Part shown: piece by piece, positions 42,511-55,358 of the stretch
How positions within the stretch are numbered: position 1 is the stretch's first letter
Layout: each line of letters opens with the position of its first letter
Assembly (NCBI GenBank): GCA_951406725.2
Contig: OX597831.1
Coordinates: forward strand, 49,290,001-49,354,000
DNA from: Octopus vulgaris
Lineage: Eukaryota
Length of the DNA: 64,000 nt
Direction: 5' to 3'
Translations under genes and position numbers: made by a program
Notes under the pieces: generated by a model
Seen by the model: only the letters and a program-made list of their open reading frames with translations
Database searches by the model: none
What the model was told of the DNA's origin: nothing

Positions 42511-43200
42511 TTACTTACAGTTACATATTTTACTATTACTGTTACTTATTTTATCGATCCCGAAAAACGACGAAGGGTTAAGTTGACACAACGGAACATA
42601 GCAGTAAGGAATACTATCCAACAATATGCTTAAACAAGCCGAATAACTAATGAAATTACAGTAATTTAGCTAACGAAATATAAACCTTATACTCGTAATT
42701 GTAACAAACCTTATAATCGCAATTGCTATAGTTGTAATTGGGATAATTGAAATGATTTACACCTAATTCTGTAAAAGCAAAAAAAAAAAAATAAATAAAT
42801 AAAAAACATTGACCCAGAAGGTCAAATACAACCATGTCCCAGAAAGTATATGAATTAGGGAGCTCTAAATAATGTTAGGGTCTTTCTACACAGATTTTGT
42901 TATAATGTTTTTTTTCTACTTATTTCGGTCATAGGATTACGGTCGTACTGGGCTTCAACATTGAAGGTTTTAATCAAATGTATCGACCCCAGTACATAGT
43001 TTTTCCTTGAAGTTTGGTACTTATTCCATCGGTCTCTTTTGCCGAGCCGCTAATTTATGGGGACGTACACAAACAAACACCGGCTGTTAAGAGCGGTGGG
43101 TGGCGGTGGACTAACACAAACACAAAGACACATACACATATACATAAACACACACACACACACACACATATAAATATATCCTGTCGTATATTTGTATATA

Positions 43201-43410
43201 CAGTAATCCCTCGACTATCACGGATTTTACTTTCCAAAACCAACCGCGATAGGTGAAAATCCGCGAAGTAGAAATAGCACTGTATATTTAAAAAAATTAT
43301 TTTTGCAATGTGTATATATTTATTTTATTATAAATGCAAAACAACACCATGGAGGAATCACTTAAGCTTAATAAACCACGATAGGTGAACCGCGATATGG
43401 CAACGGATCG
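43201..43410. mobile_element. Tigger/pogo-like MITE
   Basis: TA|CAGTAATCCCTCGACTATCACGG TIR, repeated CCGCGATAGGTGAA subterminal motifs, degenerate right end. Confidence 0.65.
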
Positions 43411-43414
43411 CTAG

Positions 43415-43582
43415 CCACTACACATCCTTTATTTTCTCTTCTTGTTTCTTTCTATGTTCCTTTCTGTGGAAGAGCTTAGGCTCGAAACGTTAAAAAATTT
43501 TCCACTTCCCGAGCGTTATACTAATACATCTGTTTGTTGTCTACACCACCTGTCTTCGTCTTTTGTTTTTTTGTGAATTCTC

Positions 43583-43588
<6 letters not shown>
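43415..43588 (+). mobile_element. Penelope-type 3' terminal remnant with degenerate hammerhead
   Basis: GGAAGAGC-TTAG-GCTC-GAAACGTT followed by a T-rich tail and (TA)n. Confidence 0.45.
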
Positions 43589-43636
<48 letters not shown>

Positions 43637-44165
43637 TAGGGACTTCCACACTGTTTCTGTCAAGCAAATTTAATCACACGGCATTTATCAGCGCAGGGCT
43701 ATAACAGAAGATATGCACTCAAGGTACTGCGCAGTGGAACTAAATCCGAAATCATGTGGTTGTAAAGCAGCCTTCTTAAACACACAACAATGCATAATTT
43801 TGATGTGTTAAAGTAGAAGAGTGATGTATTTCTGAAACCGTAAATAGTAAGTTAATAATAACATAGATTGTTGAACCATGCTCAACATATAGAACTATTG
43901 CAATTTAAAATGACGGGAAATTTATTAAAATTTCTGAGTCTCGAAGCAGAAGTATTAATAGAATGAAGACCATGAAAATTGGGCAGAAATAATTAGACGA
44001 ACTCTTCCAAAGTATATCATTTCTGTGAAGCAATACAACTTAACGTGAACTAGCCTAGAATGTTGTATTGTTGAGAAAATTTGAGAGCTAATATTAAGTG
44101 TCTGTATGTTTGTGGATATCTTCATGGCTACATCTGTAAATATACTCTGATTAGTACATCATTAA

Positions 44166-44237
<72 letters not shown>

Positions 44238-44566
44238 TAGCTGGCGCCGTGCCGTCAAGAATGACGACTAATTGTATTTTATATGCAAATATGGATGGTA
44301 AATCAAATTAATACACTTGTCAATGTTATCTAGTGGTTGTCTTTTGAGATGTGACATCTATCATCGTTTGTTACAGAAAGAACGTTAGTCCACACATACA
44401 AATGTTCACATACTTCCCCTCGTATACGCACACGCATACACACATGTACTCACAGAGTTGAACCGCTCCCACAACAAGTTTGCCATCACCCCTTCCTTCA
44501 CTTTTCATCTATCACCCCTTCTCATTCATATATTGTGACGGAGAAAAACACAAGGGTATTATTATA

Positions 44567-44570
<4 letters not shown>
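44238..44570 (-). mobile_element. probable non-autonomous Helitron
   Basis: Minus-strand 3' end has hairpin CGTCATTCTTGACG followed by CTAG|T; 5' end TACTATAATAATACCC; inserted in (TA)n. Confidence 0.55.
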
Positions 44571-44619
<49 letters not shown>

Positions 44620-44622
<3 letters not shown>

Positions 44623-44847
44623 GCGGTGAGTTGGCAGAAACGTTAGCACGCCGGGCGAAATGCCAAGCAGTATTTCGTCTGCCGTTACGTTCTGAGTCCA
44701 AATTCCGCCGAGGTTGACTTTGCCTTTCATCCTTTCGGGGTCGATAAATAAAGTACCAGTTTCGCACTGGGGTCGAGGTAATGGACTTAATCCCTTTGTA
44801 TGTCCTTGTTTGTCCCCTCTACGTTTAGCCCCTTGTGGGCAGTAAAG

Positions 44848-44850
<3 letters not shown>
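44620..44850 (+). mobile_element. SINE family C inserted in (TA)n
   Basis: Full-length copy. Confidence 0.85.
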
Positions 44851-44906
<56 letters not shown>

Positions 44907-45718
44907 AATGATGTATAGATCGTTCTAGATTTTGGAAGAGTTCTTCTAATTATTTTCCCCTCCTTTTCATATTATTATAATTTCATACACGTCATAATAT
45001 TTCTGCTCCTAGACTCTGAAATTTTAATGAATTTTCCATTCCAATATTTCTATCCATCTAACAATTTACGTTTTCGTAAACGAGATTGGAGGGTCAATAC
45101 GCATTATATACTATCTGTGTGAAAAATCCTAAATATTAAATTTTACTCTTAGTTCACCCAAAAAGAAACGCTTGCTTTTTTACATGATGTAATTGTTTTG
45201 TTCATCAATAAACAACACGTTTGAAACAGCTGTAGTGAACTTCAGTCCATCTGTGTTATTGTTTGCATATATTTATATATGCTTCACACGTGCACGTATA
45301 TTCACACACGCACGTACGCACGCCTACATATATAATCATATGATAATTGAGGGGTAAGTAAACTGCTGGCAATCACTTTATAAGTACTTCATGAAGAACC
45401 TGGTTAACATAGTTTTCGAATAACCAACGGATAATTGGTTATAAATCGGTCAATTGATAAAGGAGCACTGTGCCAATCCAAGGCGTGTATATCAAAATAG
45501 GTATATGATAATCCTCACAGACTAATAATTTTTATTGACGGAAACAGAAGTTAAATCAATGTTACGTATGTTTCGGTGAACGAGCACAATTTATTTCATA
45601 TTACATACAAAGCTATGCAATTCATGCATTAAATTTAGAATTCATTCACTTCACTTCCTCACTGAGGAAGTGAACGAGCACTTTATTGAAGTACATATTT
45701 ATTAAAATAATTATATAT

Positions 45719-45776
<58 letters not shown>

Positions 45777-45784
45777 TAATAATA

Positions 45785-45829
<45 letters not shown>

Positions 45830-45835
45830 TATGTA

Positions 45836-45989
45836 AGCGTAGGAGTGGCTGTTTGGTAAGTTTGCTTAACAACTGTTCCTGGTTCAGTCCCACTGCATGG
45901 CACTTCAGGCAAGTGTCTTCTACTACACCCTCAGGCCGACCAAAGCCTTGTGAGTGGATTTGGCATACGGAAACTGAAAGAAGCCCGTC

Positions 45990-46061
<72 letters not shown>

Positions 46062-46252
46062 GCATATATATGTATGTGTGTGCGTATGTTTGAGTGTCTG
46101 TATTTGCCTCCCCACCAACATTACTTGACAACCGATGCTGGTGGGTTTACGTCCCCGTAACTTAGTGATTCGGCAAAGAGACTGATTGAATAAGTACTAA
46201 GAATAAGTTCTGGGATCGATTTGCTTGACTGAAACAAAAAAAAAATAAAAGA
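45836..46252 (+). mobile_element. SINE family D
   Basis: Head GCGTAGGAGTGGCTG..GGTTCAGTCCC, internal microsatellite, tail partly deleted. Confidence 0.85.
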
Positions 46253-46414
46253 ATATATATATATGTACATACAAACACACGCAAAAACACATACACATAT
46301 ACATACGCGCGCGCGCACGCGCGCACACACACACACACACACTTACACAAACATACATGTATATGTGCATGTGCAAGTGTGTATGTATGTAAGCATTTGT
46401 CTGTGTGTACATAT

Positions 46415-46797
46415 ATTCTTTTTACTTATTTCAGTCATTTGACCGTGGCCATGCTGGAACACCGCCTTTTAGTCAAAGAAATCGACTCCTGGACTTCTTT
46501 GTAAGCCTGGTATTTAGCGGTCTCTTCTGCCGAACTGCTAATGTATGAGGACACAAACCCACCAACATCAGCTGTCAAGCGTTGGTAGTGGTGTTAAACA
46601 CAGACACAAACACACACATAAATATATACATAAATATATATTTGACGGGATTCTTTCAATTTCCGTCAATCAAATCCACTCATAAGGCATTGGTCAATCC
46701 GAGGCTATTGCAGTAGACACTTGCCCAAGATGCCACGCAGCGAGACTGAACCCGGAACCATGTGCTTGGGAAGCAAGCTTCTTACCACATAGCCTCG
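46415..46797 (-). mobile_element. SINE family D
   Basis: Full copy, inverted relative to 45836-46252. Confidence 0.85.
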
Positions 46798-46833
46798 CTT
46801 ATGTGCTGAAAATTTATAGATGTGTGTGTGTAG

Positions 46834-46880
<47 letters not shown>

Positions 46881-47669
46881 AGTGCGTGTGTGTGTGTGTC
46901 TGTATTTGAGTAACGAGCGTAATAGGTCGGCTGGTTTAACACTTTCATTTGATACTTTGGTGTCTTTAGCGAAATTCATTCCGTTGTAAATATTCGTGCC
47001 AGACCACGGATTCCGTCACTGCAAATGGTTTTTCTGCAGATGTCAACCTCCAAATGTTCTGGCTGGGCACCGCCACATCAATTTTATCACTTAGTGAGGT
47101 CCTGCAAAGATCATGGGCTCTGTCTTGTGCCTCTTAATTTATTTGTATCTCTTTGCAAGTATATGTCTACATAAGTGTTTATGTGCTTACATGCACCTGT
47201 GAGCGAGCAACATATATAAGCCATTCTGTCGAAGCCATTCTAACAGTCGAAATGCTCTGCATCGGTGCACTTCGATTGAGAATCGAATCTGTACCGAAAT
47301 GAGAGAATTATATCCTCTACCTTAACCAACCAACCAACCAACGCGTGTCCATGCAGTTTGCATGCCTCGGTAATAACTAAAGCGACAATATAATTAAAAC
47401 CAAGCGCATTCGTTACAACTAACTTTTCGGCAAACAAGATTTTTTTGATGAGTTCTAAATAAATTAGGTGAGATCGGAAATATAGGAGCATAAAAGGAAA
47501 ATAAATTCGCTGCCATCGCCGCACTCATTGAAACTGTCCCTTGTAAACATAGACATGCTTTGTGAAAGACATTCATATTGAGTTAAGTTATGAGAAAAAT
47601 ATTCTCACTAACATATATTTTATATCATCATGTACACGGAATGGACACGTTTTCACAGACACAAAGTCA

Positions 47670-48120
47670 TATTGGTTCTAAATTTTGGCACAATGCCAGC
47701 AATTTCCAGGGAAGAGGGTTAAATCGAATGACCGATTCGTTTTCAACCGGTACTTATTTCATCGACCCCGAAAGGAGGAAAGGCAAAGTCGACCATGGTG
47801 GAATTTCGTGTGCAAATTTCGTCTAGCAAATCGACCCCAGTACCTATTACTTGTGAGTCTGTTATTTATTCTGTCGGTCTTTTTTTGTCGAATCGCTATG
47901 TTACGGACATGTAAACAAAGGAAAAAGCGGTGGCGTGAAAAACACGAACACATAGGCACTCACTCACTCGCAACCACACACAGACACACAAACACACACG
48001 CACACGCGCACACACATACACACACGTATATATATATATGCATGTATTTATGTATATATATATATATACGTATATATATACATGTATATATATATATATA
48101 TAAATATATATATATATATG

Positions 48121-48171
<51 letters not shown>

Positions 48172-48308
48172 GACGGGCTTGTTTCAGTTTTCACCTATCA
48201 GATCCTCTTACAAAGCTACTGTAGAAGACACTTGCCAAATATGCTATGCAATGCGACTGAACCCAGAACCATGTGATTACGAAGCAAGCTTTTTACTTCA
48301 CAACCACA
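47670..48308 (-). mobile_element. partial SINE C abutting diverged SINE D
   Basis: Family C tail and core at 47670-47805; family D body and head at 47820-48308. Confidence 0.65.
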
Positions 48309-48323
48309 CATGTATGTATATGC

Positions 48324-48419
<96 letters not shown>

Positions 48420-48458
48420 ATTCTGTGATCATTGTAACATAATATTTCACATAACATG

Positions 48459-48668
48459 AAGGCGGCGAGCAGGCCGAAACGTTAGCACGCCGGGCGAAAT
48501 ACTTCGCGGCATTTCGTCTGTCCTTACGTTCTGTGTTCAAATTCTGCCGAGGTCGACTTTGCCTGTCATTCTTTCGGTGTCGATAAGTTAAATAGCAGTT
48601 GCGTACTGGGGTCGATCTAAAATGTCTCCAAAAACTTCGAGCCTTGTGCCTAGAGTAGAAAAGAATAT
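48459..48668 (+). mobile_element. SINE family C
   Basis: Full copy. Confidence 0.85.
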
Positions 48669-48767
48669 TTAACAAAAAGCATAACTTTTATTCAAAAGAA
48701 TGACATTTCGAGCGTTTGTATAACAACCACCAACGTATGCGATATAATTGTATATATGTTTTTATAT

Positions 48768-48818
<51 letters not shown>

Positions 48819-48854
48819 GTGTAATGAAAATAAGAAGGTCTTGTTTAATACTGA

Positions 48855-49064
48855 TTTAAAATTTTTGCACAAGGCCAGCAATTTCGGAGGAAGGGTAAGT
48901 CGATTACATCGACCCCAGTGCTCAACTGGTACTTACTTTATCGACCCCGAAAGGATGAAAGGCGAAGTTGACCTCGACGGAATTTGAACTCAGAACGTGA
49001 AGACGGACGAAATACCGCTTAGTATTTCGGCCGGCGTGCTAACGATTCAGCCAGCTCGCCGTCT
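48855..49064 (-). mobile_element. SINE family C
   Basis: Full copy; TSD AAGGTCTTGTTTAATA. Confidence 0.85.
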
Positions 49065-50507
49065 CAAGGTCTTGTTTAATATTGAATTCAAATATAAGAG
49101 GAAGACCTCGATTTTTTGAGACAAGATATAGTCCATTAAGACTAACCACAGTTCATGACAGATTCTTATTTCATCGACACAGGAAAGATTTGTTCTTTTT
49201 TTTAAATCAAAAACAGAAACAAAGATGATTGCTTTAACAAGTAATTACATTAGAAACACTTAAACCAACAAAGCAACAGTTGTGTAGTGTACATAACAAC
49301 AGTTAATCAGAAATGACATCACCTTCACTAGCAACATTATTAATACAAAATTTCCGTCAACGGTATTACTTGAATAATCTCAATAAAACTTTCGGAATAT
49401 TTGCAAAAGATTGTACGAAACGAATGCTAAAATCATTTAGATTATTAACGATCGCTCGTTTTATCTTTTATCGCAAAGAGTACAGATAAATATTTTTGCT
49501 TTTCTTTACGATGTAGTCTTTTTTTTGTTTTTCTTTATGATGTAGTCTTTTATTTTTGTTTTAATATCACTGATTAATTTTGTCTGTATTCTTCGAATTA
49601 TTTCTTTTTTCTTTTTCTGGATTGTATTAGTCACGTATGTATGTATGTATGTATGTATGTATGTATGTATGTATGTATGTATGTATGTATGTATGTATGT
49701 ATGTATGTACAGATGTATGTGTGTATGTATGTATTGTGTGTATAGATGTATGTATGTATGTATGTATGTGTGTATATATGTGTGTATGTATGTATTTATG
49801 TATTTACGTATGTATATATCTATGTATGTATATATGTATATGTGTGTATGTGTGTATGTATATATATATGTGTGTGTATGTGTGTATGTATGTAGAGATG
49901 TATGCATGTATGTATGTGTATATGTATGCATGTATATCTGTATATGTGTATTTATGTAAGTATGCATTTATTTATCTATGTATGTGTGTGTCTGTGTGTG
50001 TCTATGTGCATGTATGTACATAGGTGTGTATGTATGTATGTATGTATGTATGTATGTATGTATGTATGTATGTATGTATGTGTATATGCATATATGTATG
50101 TATTGCGCAACGTTTTAGATTAACTGAGAACGCATATTGCAAATTTAACATCGAATGGTTCTTATTTTGTTCAGAATGACACATCATAAATATATGTTCA
50201 TTCAACATTTCGTTATTGGTGTCTTGAAATGCACTTAAACATTATGCTGTTATTGATAATTATTAGATTGGATTTTGACTTTTCCAAAAAAAATGACAAA
50301 AAAACCAAGAATACCCAACTCGCCTTCCTGCTCGACCTCTTCGTCAGCAATTATTCTAATTTTGCCAAGTATAAGACCATCGATTTGAAAAAAAAAACTG
50401 TCAAAGAGCGCTGGTTTTTGAACTATCGCAAGTTTAGACAAGATATTTGGTACTCAGGTATGATTAATATATATATTATGCTATATTATGTATATACATA
50501 CATACAG

Positions 50508-50557
<50 letters not shown>

Positions 50558-50706
50558 ATATATAAATGCATATATATTATATATATATGTATATATATAT
50601 TACATATGCATGTATATATATATATGCATTCAAGTATGATTAATATATATTTATGTATGTAAATATATATATATTATATTATACATATATATATGTATAT
50701 ATATAT

Positions 50707-50883
50707 ATTTATTATATAGAAGGAGCTTCTGAAGACGTGTTCCGGCGCCCGGCGGCGCGACGCCGAGCGAACGGCGACGCGGCCGCGCGGGAGCGAGGCG
50801 ACACACACGGCCCGACCGTTCGCTCGGCGTCGCGCCGCCGGGCGCCGGAACACGTCTTCAGAAGCTCCTTCTATATAATAAAT
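50707..50883. other. perfect GC-rich inverted repeat (68-bp arms, 41-nt loop)
   Basis: 50707-50774 is the exact reverse complement of 50816-50883; 50736-50854 is 97/119 G+C by hand count. Confidence 0.97.
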
Positions 50884-50952
50884 TAATTTTACTCTGCTAT
50901 GTATTGAGTACCTTATTTACTGTGGTTAACCCCGAATCAACCCGGGACCTAC

Positions 50953-51024
<72 letters not shown>

Positions 51025-51864
51025 CATGCATACATGTATGTATATATATGCATATGTCACACACACATACACACACCCACACGCACACACATATATTGTT
51101 ATGATACAAGATTTCATCAAGTTGCCAAATTTCTCAAGAAAAATAAATAGATAAATGCATTTTACTTCGTAAGGTATTGTAGGCTTTGTTCATTTTAGTC
51201 TTTACTCAGAAATAAGACTTTGAAGAATTAGATTCATTCTGAAATGTATATTCATGTAAAAGATAATAAATTGTTAAAGGAAATATCTAATTTATGTTAG
51301 AGGTAATATCTTCAATTCAGATTTCTCACTAAGCTTCATAACGCTTTGAAAGTTAACTGAATCTTGACAGATAATAAATATTGGATTAGAACAGGGATGT
51401 GATATATAATCGTTTGAACAGAATCTCAGAATATTGTTGCAGATGTTACATTTATTTCTTCTGATTAGAAAATTGTAAATGAATGAATATTAGGTCTATT
51501 ATAAAGAAACGTAGTCTAGTCGAATGTTCGTGTCTGTAAGAAACTGCATTATAACGTAATTCGTGATCGTCTGCTTAACTTTAATGTTATTTCATACAGC
51601 AACGTTACAGCTACAGCTTGTTACATTTAACTGGTAAAAGACCAGGGACGTTATTCGCATCAAAATATCACCTGCATCAAGCATTTAACGGGCCAACGAT
51701 AAAGTCCAACGCACTAGAAATAACAGTCAAGCCTTTGCATATCACATAGTACCGCCTTTAAAAGAAATAAGAAAGCGTTCGAAAATGAAGACCTAGGTTC
51801 ATTACACTTCAAAATATGGGTATGATAACCACTTGAACTCTTTAGTTAGTCTTTTCCTTTTCAT

Positions 51865-52250
51865 GCATCTTCTTATTTCCTCCTTTTCCTTCTCTTAATC
51901 TTCCTCCTCCTCCTCCACTTCGCTCTCCCTCTTCATCTTCCTCCTCCACTTCGCTCTCCCTCTTCATCTTCCTCCTCCTCTTCGCTTCCCTTCTTCATCT
52001 TCCTCCTCCTCTTCTCTCCGCCTCCGCCTCCTCTTCATCTTCCTCCTCTTCGCTCCCCCTCTTGATCTTCTTCCTCCACTTCTCTCCGCCTCCTCCACTT
52101 CTCTCCGCCCCTCCTCCTCTTCATCTTCCTCCTCCTCTTCTCTCCTCCTCTTCTCTCCTCCTCCTCTTCATCTTCCTCCTCCTTCTCCTTTCTCCTCCTC
52201 CTCCTCCTCCTCCTCCTCTTCCTCCTCTTCTCCTATTTTCCTCCGCCTCT
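51865..52250. repeat. polypyrimidine (CCT/CTT/CATCTT) low-complexity minisatellite
   Basis: About 385 bp of almost pure C/T on the + strand with repeated CTCTTCATCTTCCTCCTCC units. Confidence 0.9.
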
Positions 52251-52726
52251 CTATATATGCATGTATACATACGTACATAATACACACACATAAACACCCC
52301 CCCCCCACACCCACCCACACCCACACCCACACACGCATATATCTTGTACTATTTGTTGCTTTGGGTCATTTTATTAATGTCTAATTTCACCGTGTCTACA
52401 CTGTAAATTGCATTCGTTGACTAGTTTAGCAATAAATTGAAATTGGTTTGATTTTGCAGGTCACAGACCACATTGCTTGGAGCTTTCATTCCTTTGTTAT
52501 ATTTAACTTTCAGATGAACATCAACATCAACACCCTCAAAAATTAAATTTTAGCATGTATGTATGTATGTATGTATGTATGTATGTATGTATGTATGTAT
52601 GTATGTGTTTGTGTATGTATGTGTTTGTGTGTTTGTGTGTCTATGTACATACATATGCTTATATATTTATATATATACATATATATAATATTTACATATA
52701 CGTATCTATCTATCTATCAATCTATC

Positions 52727-52939
<213 letters not shown>

Positions 52940-53219
52940 ATGTATATGTGTGTGCGCGTGTGTATGTATGAAGTCCCATGGCACATGTGAACGCTGATAT
53001 TTGTAGTTCTTGAAACAAAGTCGCCATTTCTTAATGTCTGTGATCGCCTTAGAGTAAAACTCGGAGAATCCAATAAAAGAGCTGTTGAAAGATTAATAAA
53101 CGTAATGGAGTGGTAGTTGATGCTGTGTAGTGGTAGTCAGATGCACTGAGGCAATCGTCAGTTTATATCAACAAGTTCTGTTTTTCTTGTTCAGTTCTTC
53201 TTGAATTTGCCTTTCTGTC

Positions 53220-53805
53220 AAGGCGGCAAGGTGGCAGAAACGTTAGCACGCCGGGCGAAATTCGTAGCCGTATTTCGTCTGCCGTTACATTCTGAGTTCA
53301 AATTCTGCCGAGGTACATTTTACCTTTCATCCTTTCGGGGTCGGTAAATTAGGTACCAGTTACGCACTGGGGTCGATATAATCCACTTAATCCGTCTGTC
53401 TGTCCTTGTTTGTCTCCTGTGTGTTTAGCCCCTTGAGGGTAGTAAAGAAATAGAAATAGGTATTTCGTCTACCGCTACGTTCAGAGTTCAAGTTCCGCCG
53501 AGGTCAACTTTGCCTTTCATCCTTTCGGGGTCGATTAAATAAGTACCATTTACGCACTGGGGTCGATATAATCGACTTAATCCGTTTGCCTGTCTTTGTT
53601 TGTCCCCTCTGTGTTTAACCCCTTGTGGGTAGTAAAGAAATGGGTATTTCGTCTGTCTTTGCGTTGTGAGTTCAAATTCCGCCGAGGTCGACTTTTCTTT
53701 TCATCCTTTCGGGATCGATAAATTAAGTAACAGTTGCATATTGGAGTCGATATAATCGACTGGCTCCTCCCCACAAAATTCGGGCCATGTCCCTAGAGTA
53801 GAAAA
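53220..53805 (+). mobile_element. SINE family C head-to-tail trimer
   Basis: Units 2 and 3 start at GGTATTTCGTCT (about 53459 and 53643). One TSD GAATTT(G/A)CCTTTCTGTC at 53203-53219 and 53806-53822. Confidence 0.9.
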
Positions 53806-54294
53806 GAATTTACCTTTCTGTCTTTTTAATTTCTCTGTCTTATAACAATTCTCTCTCTCTTTCTCCCCACGCAGCACATGTTTCCAAGCACATACTTTTA
53901 CACACGTATCTCTTCGACAACACCGTACAGTTTATGCTAGTACACTATTGGTATAAAAAATTCTTATTTAAAAAGCACATTTGCAAAGGTAGTAAGAAAT
54001 TTCAAATTCCACGGAAGGTAATTACTAACTTTTTCTTAAATTGTTTAACATTTAAATTGTTTTATGTTTATAAAGCATTTATGTATTCATCTAAGTTTAT
54101 ATATGTATATGTTTGTATTCATAATTTGGTACCCCACCGACTTCGTTTCTTTACAACTTGCTTAAGAACGCGTATCTGCTAATGAAATTTTGAAGAGGTA
54201 CATCAGAGAAGGTGTAGATGACGAATAAGTTGATGGATGTTAATTTGTTTCTGAGAGAAAGCAAAAGTTTAGATATTTTAAGTTATTTTATAAC

Positions 54295-54596
54295 TTACTC
54301 TTTTACTCTTTTGCCGAACCGCTAAGTTACGGGGACGTAAACACACCAGCATCGGTTGTCAAGCGATGTTGGGGGGACAAACACATGCACACGCATACAC
54401 ACACATACACACACACACACACGCATATATATATATACGACGGGCTTCTTTCAGTTTCCGTCTACCAAATCCACTCACAAGGCTTTGGTCGGCCCGAGGC
54501 TATAGTAGAAGACACTTGCCCAAGGTGCCACGCAGTGGGACTGAACCCGGAACCATGTGGTTGGTAAGCAAGCTACTTAGAGCCACTCCTACGCCT
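54295..54596 (-). mobile_element. SINE family D (tail deletion)
   Basis: Near-consensus head and body. Confidence 0.85.
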
Positions 54597-55074
54597 ATTG
54601 CACAACATAAAAAAAACTATGATATTCTGATTGACATTATTCATTTTGAGCATGAAATTGGAAGGTACGATAAAAAAGTCCCTAGTTTACGTAGTTTGCC
54701 ACAACACAAATTGAAAGTATCCAGTAATTATAGGTGGGTAATTTGTTTAATGTTAGTACAAGGCCCAGTCCTTGTTTCAGTATGGTAGCTTGTGTGACTC
54801 AGTGACTCAAAGCTTCAAGCAGGTCTTCCCATACTAGATAGTCTAAGGATAGAGACCAGGCTAATATGGATTACTTCTTCCCAGATGTAGGGCCAATACG
54901 ATTTCATAGAAAAAAAAGCATAGTTATAGAAGCATCGATGACAACTAAAAAGAACAAAACTTGGGAGAGAAAGGCCTTTCCTTGAGGGAAACATGATGCA
55001 GTGTTGCAAAACCTTAAGAGATGTTGCAAGGCCTACTCTTTTTCTCGCCACCAGGAGAAAGTGTTGTGGCAGAA

Positions 55075-55358
55075 GTGGGGAAGGTGCAAATGGAAGAGGA
55101 GATCCTGAAGCGCAGGTGTGGGTGGATTGACCACACATCAAGGAAACCAACATTTGGAATTACACGACAGGCTCTGACCTTGGAGTCACAAAGGAGGCGG
55201 ATAAGAGTACGTCCTAAAAATAGCCGGAGACAGGATATTGAGGCAGAGCTAAGAAATCAGGGGTCCAACTGTAGAGAATAAAAAAATACAGCTCAGAGTC
55301 GAAAATGGTGAAGAAAAAAGGCATCTATAACCTATGGTTTATAGGGAGCGACGGGCTT
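55075..55358 (+). mobile_element. 3' fragment of RTE-clade LINE
   Basis: ILKRRCGWIDHTSRKPTFGITRQALT...RRIRVRPKNSRR matches the RTE C-terminal pattern W.GH.LRK...ITRQAL.W.P.G.R.RGRP..W. Confidence 0.75.

Larger units (their letters stand above)
42915..43790 (-). mobile_element. diverged SINE family D split by nested insertions
   Basis: Tail half about 42915-43140 and head half about 43640-43790. Confidence 0.6.

Noticed and set aside
50653-50886. 77-aa ORF across the GC hairpin
   Set aside because: Starts in (TA)n and is open only because the GC-rich, T-poor core lacks stop codons.
53220-53805. CRISPR-like array from repeated units
   Set aside because: Units are ~180-240 bp SINE monomers with no unique spacers or cas genes; eukaryotic context.
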